Of a stretch of 64,000 nt of DNA, positions 54,291 to 64,000 are shown one piece after another (position 1 is the stretch's first letter; every line of letters starts with the position of its first letter). The notes below the pieces were generated by a model. It searched no databases. It worked only from the letters and a program-made list of their open reading frames with translations, and was not told the DNA's origin. A program made the translations under genes and the position numbers. The stretch is from Gnetum montanum. Its lineage: Eukaryota; Plantae; Gnetophyta. Location of the stretch: the NCBI GenBank assembly GCA_015680685.1, contig MNCI01001967.1, forward strand, positions 147,354 through 211,353, read 5' to 3'.

Positions 54291-55699
54291 GTTATGAGGG
54301 ATACCCCCCATTTCAATAACAAGCAGGATTAATAAATATTTTTCATTTCTTTGATTTTACACTTTTTGTTTTCCAGTTTTTTCATTTTTCAACTTTTTGT
54401 TTTATTTTTTTTACCTTTTTATGTTTTTGTCTTTTTACATTTTTGTAAGTAATTTCATCTATGAATAAAACACTCATGTGGATCGTTGGTTGAGGTGTGT
54501 TCTATGTTATTAAGTCATGAGTGGTCAATTAATTAGAACAGTGAGCCCATTACACCCACTCATCCACTCTATAAATAAGAGGTTCTATTCGAAGGTACAG
54601 TGATATTCTTGAAATTTCTAAACTTAAAATTAATTTTGTGTTCATTGTACCCAGAATGAAGAAGGATGGACCAAGAGGGAATGATTAGGGTGTGACATCA
54701 AGGGAACTTGTGGATTCTCTTTAGTGACGTCTGTGGGAGTTATCATGCAAAATGGTTGTACTAAGATCCTTGTAGATCTAATGAAAAATGGGCGTAAGAG
54801 TAATCAAAAGGGCACTCAAAAATCAAGCGTTGTTCTAGGGGGTCCCATTGGAAAGACATGCACCCATGCCTGAAGGTTGGCGATTTCTCTGGATTTAGTA
54901 AAATTCAAAAAAAGAAAGAAAAAGAAAAGTGCCACAAAACAAAAATCACTCCTCCCTTGTACTAAACGCCAAGTGATCGTACGCCTTGTTGTTATGGTAC
55001 TTTTATAGTTGTTCACCATGGGATGACACAATGCAATGTCACTGATTCGAAGGATGGACTTGGTCCTGATCTTGGAATGATGGGTTAATGACACCTTAAT
55101 CATGCTTTACACGCAGGATTCATTGTGCCCTGGGTTAGTTACCTCATGTCCCAATCTCTACGATCCCTTCTATAGTCCATCTCATCTCACTGTTCGTGTA
55201 ATTGTAGCTCATGTCCCGTGTAACATAGAATTTTCATCTCATTCCGATGATATTTACATGTGTGTGTTTTGTGGAGTTAGTGCGGATTACATTTAACCCT
55301 TCTAGTGCCCACTGACACTTTAAGTATGATTACACAAGGGCATAATAGGTTGAAACCTGCTTTGGGGAGGACCGACTTGTGTAATTTTTCATAATCTCCA
55401 TTAATTCTCTAACTTAGACACACAGTTTTTTACCCTCAACTTAATTTTTCATAATTTTCTTTCCCTATTCTTATCCCTCTATCATTTAAACGTTCCAATG
55501 TACCATTACATTCCCTTTTCTTCATAACCGCCAAATTTTTAATTGCTAAATTCACATCATTATCATTACGAGTGCCTCTCGAATTAATGAAATTACCCTA
55601 GGATATCTTAATACTTGACAATGTCCTCAATTTACACCATTAATTTCAAGAAAATAATTAAAAATTTGATATTTTTCATGTGTCCCACATCATTGGGGA

Positions 55700-55792
55700 T
55701 GAGATATCGTGTACGTGATATCGCATACCACATGATATCGAGTACGCGATGTACCGTACATGATATCAGTCCTATTTCCCTATAAATAGGAC
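55700..55792 (+). promoter_or_regulatory. Candidate internal promoter for the extra ORF
   Basis: Cluster of GATATCG-like motifs followed by TATAAATAGG at 55781, the same layout as LTR U3 at 51838-51925. Confidence 0.55.
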
Positions 55793-56257
55793 ACCCCTGC
55801 CGCAACACTTAGAATCATTTTGCCATTTACGCGAGGGGAATTTTTGAAATTTTTCTCTGTGACTTGCGATTGCGTGACCCTTGCTTTTTCACTCATATCT
55901 CGCTCACTGGTGCTCTAATTTTAATTCCGTTTGAACCTGCTTGAACCCGAAGTGTTCAGTTTAGTCATGGGGGAGAGACACTTGCCGAAGAGCACCTAAC
56001 TTTTTTGAAATTTATCATCACCCAAAGGACATCAATTAGGGTAATTAACACTAACACTTAGAAAAATTGTGCCAAAAATGATATGACCTTAGGTACACCA
56101 GGAGATTAAAATGAAACCCACCTAAGTCACAGGATCCATTATTATAATTTTCAGGCATGATCACATGATAACATAAGATCTTTAATTAAAGGCATGTAGT
56201 AAGGTATAACTTGAATTTGAAAACAACCTTACTAACATTTGGCCCGTGTGATTACAG

Positions 56258-59045
56258 ATGGCCCTGAAATGTGCACAGCAAGGGGGTCCTGTGCAAGGTG
56301 GAGCGAAACAACCTCAGAGAGGCAGAAGACAGGTCCCTACCGGACAACATGTAGAATAGGAGGTGCAATCATTTAGCATCCATAAAGAAGAACCTCCTAC
56401 TAGACGGTCTGGGCAGGCAGAAAGAGGAGCTGCTGCTGCGCCTGAACCGGGACAACAACTCAGGTTGCCCCCGGAGTGTGTTCAGGCTATCCATGAGAAG
56501 TCCACATTCGCTGCTGTGATTGTGGAGCTAAACTTTGAATCTTTTGCAGAGTTCGCTCTTGCGGCTGTTAGGGATCACCTCAAGGGGTCTCCCTTATGGC
56601 CTGTCCTTTCTGAGTGCGGTGCCTAGTACTTAGGTGAAACGTACCTGTTTTGGCATAATAAGGAGCAAGGCACCACAGTTAACATTTATGGTGTGACAGT
56701 AGATTTTTCTGCGCAAGCAATTTTGGAAGTGTTAAACCTTCCGAATTCAGGCCCCCATGTTGCTTGGTTATCTACCCGATCGGACCCTGATGTGCGAAAG
56801 GATTGGTTAGAGAAGGCTTATGGTAGAGATAAAGCTTTTGGTGAGCTGACGATGGAAGAGCGGGTTTATTTCAAAATTGGAACCTATCACCTCTTCCCCA
56901 CAAAAGGTTTGAAAAGAATATCGACGTATGTGGCGAGAGGATGTGTAGTGTTGATGGGAAAGGTTAACGCTAACTTACCCCATCTATATTTAACGGAGAT
57001 CCTGAGGCGATTTGAAGAATAGAAGTCAGGGAAGATGGCATTGCCTTTTCCCTGCCTTATCAGAAAACTGTGCCGACAGGTTGGTATTCGGGAATACACA
57101 AATGATGTCCTCCGAAAAGCTCAGAATGCTTCTTATGCTGAGTTATTAAAGGCACCAGCTCCAAGAAAGAGCACTGGCGAAGAGCTGAGACCAGATGAAG
57201 AAGAAGAACAGATGACTGGATCACCTGCAACTCAACTTGTAGGACCCAATCAACCTCCAGCCACAGGTCCTAGCCAACGACAAGAAGTAGGACCCAGCAC
57301 AGGCCAGGATCAGCCACCGCCACTACAAGACTACAGACCGTCGATGAGCCATCTTAGATTCATCGCCAAGACGGTTAGTTGGGAAAGTCGTGATGACGCA
57401 AACCTCTTCCACGTCATCAATGATGCTAACCAGCCTACTATTTCATTAGATCGCACAAGGGGAAAATTATCAATTCAAACAGGAAGAGGGGAAAGCATAT
57501 GGTTACAACAGATCTCAGGAAACGCGGCATCTTTTCAAGTGCAGTTAGAGACTGGTGAAGGGGCCACTGTGGTGGTCATGCAACACTAGGATGCTGCGGG
57601 AGCTGCTGAAGTGGTCGCTGACCATATCAAAGAATCCTTTAATGTACCTGTTGTGCCACCGGTAGATCTTTCAGGAGCACAGGATGCTCAAACTTTTGCC
57701 GGAACCTCAATGACTCCTGCGGAACATGAGGATGCGCTAGATCAATTGCTACAAACAGGGCAAGTTCTGACGTCCTTGTTTGACATCCCCTAGGATGTAA
57801 CAACAATTCAATCAGACCTCATTTCCACAAAGGGGAAGCTGGTCATATCTGAAGTAAGCTGAGCATGCTGAAGCTGAAGTGCAGAAACTACAAGAGTAGC
57901 TCGTAGCCTTACAAGTAGCATAGCGGGATCCTCTACAATTTGTTCCTGTAGACCAGCTGAAAAATTTTAGAACCAAGTAATTAACAAAGCTAATCGCAGA
58001 AAATAAGAAGGTGGTAGAAGAAAAGGAGACAGCCACTTGGGATGCCTCCACAACACAAGCGTAAACTCATGTGCATCTTAAGGCACTCAAGGCCTTAGAA
58101 GAAGAGAATAAGTAGTTGGTTGCAGATAACCTTCGGTTGACTTCTGTGGAGAAACAAAAGAATGTTCTCGATGAACACTTTCATTAGTTACGAGAATAGT
58201 TCATTCGGATCAACCGAGATGTAAGCCGTTTAGCCAGAGAAAATCAAACCCTCTCAATGTAGGAGGTACGTGCTATTCGCCAAAAATCAGCCATCGAGAT
58301 AAGCGTGTGGCAGAATGAGGCTAAACGACACGAGAAGCTAAAGGAGAATTTCCGTGATCAGGTGGGGATGTACAAACAAATCTTGGAGAAGGAGATCTAT
58401 ATGGCCAAGGCTCAAATCAACAACATCAGTGCTCAGCACACTGATTGGAGGACCATATTGGACACTTACGCCTTCGCCCACCAAGCGGAAATTAAGAACC
58501 GGGACTTGTAGATCCAAGACTTGACCAAATACATGGAGTTGGCAAACCTTAGATATGCCAACCTGGCCAGGTTAACAGCAGGATGCCCAAGGTCAGAGCT
58601 TGAGCAGCAAGTAGCTTCCACCCATATCAAATATGAAGCAAAATTTGCAGAGTGCAAGAAGCTGGCTGAGAAACTAGATGTCGCAAATTCTGAACTTGCG
58701 GTGGTAAAAGAAAGCTACCAGGGACAGAAAGATGTTGCAACCGACTTGGCTTGACGGCTAACAGAGCTTCACAAATACAAAGACAAAGCTAGAGCCTATG
58801 AAGAGGAACAACGGGTGTTCGCGGCATAGTATGTCAAAGCTAATCAGATGTTCCCACAACTACCCTATCTGTGGGAAGTGCCGACTCCATCAAACATCGA
58901 AACATTAGCATGGACGACACAAGATCCTCGGATTGAAGAGGAGAAGCTCCAGGCCATTCTTCAGTGTTGTCAACCTTCAAAGCTTGCAGCACGTGACAAA
59001 GGGAAAGCACCCATGGAGGAGCCACTGCCACCAGGAACTACATGA
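56258..59045 (+). pseudogene. Extra (env-like) ORF, about 930 codons: plant-transposon-type N-terminal domain plus long coiled coil
   Basis: ATG 56258 in frame with track ORFs 56363, 56693, 57035 and 57611; after one net frameshift, 58305, 58521 and 58848. Motifs GVTVDFS..I..VLNLP and VN.....EI...LPFPCLIRKLC..VG resemble Athila/SIRE extra ORFs. Confidence 0.8.
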
Positions 59046-60859
59046 GTTCCATTTTTTGTAGTATAGCATTTTTTCTGTGTTGTGTCTTCCCACACTACGG
59101 CATCATTTCCTTTTTTGTTTTTCCAGTTAATAATCCCATACCTATCCACTGTGTAATCAATGAAGCTTGTTCTCCTTGTAACTCGAGGATGAGTTTTTAT
59201 TTAGTCGTGGGGGTATGATGAGACGCGATTTGCATAGGCTACAATATCACGTTTTCCCTATGATATTGCGTACGCGATATCGCAGTCTGTCATCATATCT
59301 ATAAATAAGAGGCGGCTCTCCCTTTTTTGCATAATTAGGAGTTAGAAGTAGTGAAGCTCTGGCAGTTTGATCCCTCCAAAGTTAGATTATTTTTCCGTGT
59401 CTGCCCGCAGTGTGGTGAAAGTTAGATTATTTTTTCGTGTCTTCCCGTAGTGTGGTGAATGTAATTGTACGGTGTCTCTATTCGAGTGTGACGTACTTGG
59501 ACACGCACATGATCAGCAATAAAGATCGAGATTACTTCATCATTGCAGCATTCACTTCGTTATTTATTTATTTAATGTTATTTACTATTTTCTCTCTCTC
59601 ACCCTTAAACTCCTAGAACGCGGAACAAGTACGACTTGATTACGAGCATTTAAGTGTGACTACTTGGTAGCCTAATGGCGTATCTAAGATCTACGCTTGG
59701 TAACCTAGTGGCGTATCTAGGATCTACGCTTGGTAATCCCAGTGGTAGTCGTGCACGAGGTCCAAGATATGTACGGTTGATCAAGGAATTGGGTGCTTGT
59801 CGCACTTAGGCTAGATTAGATCCTCTTACCCTTTTCCTCCTAGCTTAGCTTAGTTAAATATTATTTTCCATTGCCTTTAGGAGTAGCGTTAGAATTAGGA
59901 ACACATCATACACCTCAATTGGACTAAACCATACGTGACAAATATAATACTGGTCCAGGTGGGAAGATAGTGAGCTGCGACCTAAGGATAACTGTCTAGG
60001 TGCCACAACTAGTCCGTCTGCAGAGTTCGACCGGATCGCGCGTGCTACGCTTGTTTTGTATGGTTGAGTGTAGGGGTATCTCGCCACTCATCAGTAAGTG
60101 TCATCTATTTGCAATGACCACAGTGTAAAGCATATCACAGTGATGAGCTAGTGCTTATAATGTGAAGCATATCATGATAAGTACATTTCATTTGTTTGTT
60201 CGATTTAGTGAGTGGTGGTGGAGTTGTAATTAATATTTGACAATTGGCTAGTTTATTTTTATTATCATTATTTGTTCTTGTTTGCATTTTGTTGTATTTG
60301 TTTGGCTAACTTTGTTTGCTACTACCCATGTGTGTGATTGTGCAACTACTTGATGCCTCCAACCAAATCCACAAGGGAGTATTTTTTACTAGTTTCTTTA
60401 CCTTAATTAGTCTTAGGACTGATTTCCTTGGTTGTATGTGATGTTTAGGTGATTATGTTAGCTTAGATGAGGAGAATATAGAAGAGATAAAAGACGACTA
60501 ATTTCATGATTTAGGATCTTATCTCATATTATGTTCCTAGTTAAAGACTAATTCTATGTTGTAACGTTTAGCTAGATTATAGTATTGGAATGTTTGTATT
60601 GGCATTGTACTTTGCCTATTTTTGGTGCAAGTTAGCTTTTATTTATATTTTTTTCATATTGCATATCTTATCATGCAATTATATTTGATAGTTATGCAAC
60701 ATTAGAGGCCAATGCCTTTTGAATGCAATTGTATTTTCCTATTTATTATCAATTTCATATTTACAATTAAGTTATTTTTTCAGAATCTTATCAAAGGATA
60801 TTTTGAATGGTTTTATCACGATTCGCCAACCATTCTATAGAAATATAGGATTATAAGAG

Positions 60860-61620
60860 TCTTATTCTTTTTCCTAGCATAAGGGTTATTAAGAAAGCAC
60901 TTATGAAGTAGTTTAGGAGACTAAAACCTCTAACCTTTGATGGTGTTAAAGATCCTATAGTAGCTTTGGAGAGGTTATGTGAGGTAGAAGAAGCTTTCCT
61001 ACTCATGGATTGTGCTTCAATGCAACAAACTCATTTGACTACTCATCAACTTAAGTGTGTAGGCAACTGTTGATGGTAAATAATTAAAGTTGCTAGCAGT
61101 TGGAAGCATTTAAACTCTTCAAAGGGGGATATATATCTAAATAGTTTGGAAGGACCAAGGCCAAAGAACTATCCAATGTGGAGTAAGGTGATCTCATTAT
61201 TTCTAAGAAAGATGTGAAGTTTCTCTAGTTGGTGCAATTTGATCCTCACTTTCAAGATGATGAAAAAGAGATGACTAATCATTTGGTTGACAAAGTGATT
61301 AAGCCTATTCACATAGGCTTGATGCTCCTTGAATTGACTAAGTACAAGTTAAAATCATGCTAAGACATTGACAATAAAGTGGAACATAGGTTTAGAAAGG
61401 AAGAAGAAATTAAATCAAAATAAGATAAGATCTCAATCTATAACCAAACCTAGAAGCTCTAAACAAGCTAGGACCTCTAGAAAAAGAAGGCCTTTCAACC
61501 CTTTAGCCACATGCTTTTCTTGTGTACAAATTGGTCACTATAGGCATGACTGTCCAAATTATCTTTCCTATGGTAAACTAGAACATACACAGTGAAAGTG
61601 TCCTAACAAAGCAACTAGGA
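60860..61620 (+). pseudogene. Ty3/gypsy gag remnant
   Basis: FRRLKPLTFDGVKDPIVALE.LCEVEEAF; zinc knuckle CFSCVQIGHYRHDC. Confidence 0.75.
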
Positions 61621-64000
61621 AAAGGACTAATGGAGCAACCAACTCACAAAGCAAAAAAGACTATTTGGAACAAGGATTGAGGATGTAGAGGAAGAGTTGG
61701 CCTCAAATTTTTGAAAAATTAGGGAAGATTAAATAGCTTGACAAAACATGAAACTTTAGAATATTATTCAAATTGAACATTAAAATCTAGAATCCATTTA
61801 TATATGATTAACATTGCATGCTTATGTATAAATAACCCTATATCTAGGGCACTTTGCACCGTCAAAACATTGCTTAGCTTAACAAGCAAAAAATTCAAGA
61901 ATAATGTCTAGCATGAATGACTTGAATGTCAGGTTTTTGCATTACATCATTCAACTGCGAAGTAAACTTCAATTATGAGGCAAGTAACTTAAAATTTGAA
62001 TAAACACATATCATGATGTAAGATCAGTAACTAGTGACTCATATACATTATTAGGAAAACAAAAACATGTGTCTTAGTTGCATCAATATCACTTGAAGAA
62101 ATCATTACAAATTTTTGAATCTACATTCTTAGAATCAATAAAAATTTTCGCATCAATAGAAGAATAAAAAATTTTAGTATGGGTTGAGGAGGCTGGAAAT
62201 AATTCAAAGAAATTAGATCCACTAGAGAAAAATTAGAGATAGAAAGTCAAATTTGTTGCAAAAACATTAGATCCACTAGAGAAACATTATATTTGTTGAG
62301 AAAAAATCAGATCTTTTGGAGAAACATTGGATTTACTTTTAATTGTTTGATTGAATGCTAGTATGATTCTCATCCCCTTTCTTATTTTATCATTTAATGG
62401 ATATAAGGAAAAGAAGAAAGCTCTAATGACTTGAATGATTCCTATCCTAGAGTGAAATAAGTAGTAAGGATGATGCTTCCTTGGCTATGGTTTTAGTAAG
62501 TGAGGTGATTTCCCTTCTTGATAGTGAATCTAAATATGGCCTATAATGAATCCTATTGTGGGCATATGACAATGTAAATATATGTGTTAATACTAAGGTT
62601 ATGGTTCTTCCTATTTTGATGGGAAGATCATCTCTTTTTGTGAGCACGCAATTACTTAGCTAGTGGTATGACATGATAACTATCAATGCATTCTTGACCT
62701 CATATCAAATTTGAATTCATTATCAATGATGGTGGGCCAACCCTATTTATAAGAGACCATGATTTGAAGAAATCTTAACCAAACCCAATTCTCATTCATT
62801 AGGTATATGTTTTAACTATGCAAGGATACTATCTAGAACACATTATTATGAAAACCCTAATTTATTACTAGATTAGAGAAAATCATCCTAACAAACTAGA
62901 GGAATGTAAACATATAAATTAGGGAAATGTAAATATAAATTTATTATGATAATCATCCTAACCAAACCTAGTTTTCTCTAATCTAATAATAAATTGGGGG
63001 AATGTAAACATATAAATTTGTTGGTAACAATGAGGTGTGAGATGGATTCGATTCTATGGGAAATAATGAGTTATAAATTTCTTATTAGACTATATATCTT
63101 AGGGTGTCCTTACATTATAATTATTTGTGACATATTTGAGTAGCAATTCTATAACTTAACACACATGCATTAGTTTGTGACATTAGTGGGGTGTCAAAAC
63201 TTAAAACAATTTGATTGTAGGTACATCCTTATACTAGCAAACTTTTGCCTACAAATCCTTGTTAGATAAGGAGATAACCACTTGAGTCCTCTCTTATTGA
63301 CAAGTTTGTGACGTTGAGTTTAGTGATTTATTAGAATGAAAGTTACATTGCTTACATAGCAAATTACATGCCTTGTATGTATATATATAAACAAAGGTTG
63401 GAGCTAACCCTATAAGATAAAAGTCAAATGACTCAATTGAAAAAAAATAGACCTTAAAAAATAAATGAAAGTAAGAATTGATCTTGAAATTTCCATTTTT
63501 TAAACAAGTTATTTTTAGCACAAATTTATCATTTAACACTTGTTGAATCATGAATGACTTTTAAGATAATGTTGATTTAATAAGTTATTTTCTACTAAAT
63601 TTCTATATGTTTTGTTAACTATATATCACTCAACTAGTAAAATAGTTTCAAATTTGACACCTTCTCAAAAAAATTATAAATTATTTAAGAAAATGATTTT
63701 TTAAAATTAACAAATTTTCAAAACAACTTTTAAGTTTTTCATAACTTCTAACATACATTTAATATTACCATTTCAAGAGGAGACTCTTCCAAAAAAAACT
63801 AATAGTTTCAAAATCTTTGAGGTAGCAACTAGCAAGTATATCACTTGACCATGGAATAATGAAAAATAAGGAAAACATTTAGGTTACCAACTATGGGGGT
63901 GTTGGAACCGAAAATAAGTGAAACATAGGTACACCCTAAGATTTATAGAAGTTTATAATTCGATACTACCTAATAGAATCAAACTTGTGGCAACCTACGG

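Larger units (their letters stand above)
51830..60093 (+). mobile_element. Complete non-autonomous Athila-type LTR retroelement (gag remnant plus extra ORF, no pol)
   Basis: LTRs 51830-52714 and 59216-60093 (TGATGAG..CTCATCA); TSD GTAAG (51825-51829, 60094-60098); PBS; G-rich PPT before 59216. Confidence 0.96.

Overview
Plant nuclear DNA, AT-rich and CpG/CHG-depleted, with two N-gaps. It holds two intact host genes in convergent orientation: an EBS7-like ERAD gene (+, 37495-44194, 5 exons, RTE LINE in intron 2) and mitochondrial-type CLPP2 (-, 47817-50049, 2 exons). The rest is mostly nested, decayed retrotransposons: a Tekay-like Ty3 element, several Athila-type elements and solo LTRs with TSDs, one complete pol-less Athila-type element (51830-60093) with a long extra ORF, and a ~370-bp degenerate tandem repeat. 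The standout observation is four separate L1-type LINE pieces (1-5231, 10337-12262, 19940-21335, 26937-27745). Overlapped by hand, they describe a lineage whose ORF2 region continues past the zf-RVT domain into an unrecognised conserved block, a coiled coil and a C-terminal DnaJ/J-domain (HPD intact in the youngest copy). All translations and alignments were done by eye; no database was searched, so novelty is unverified.
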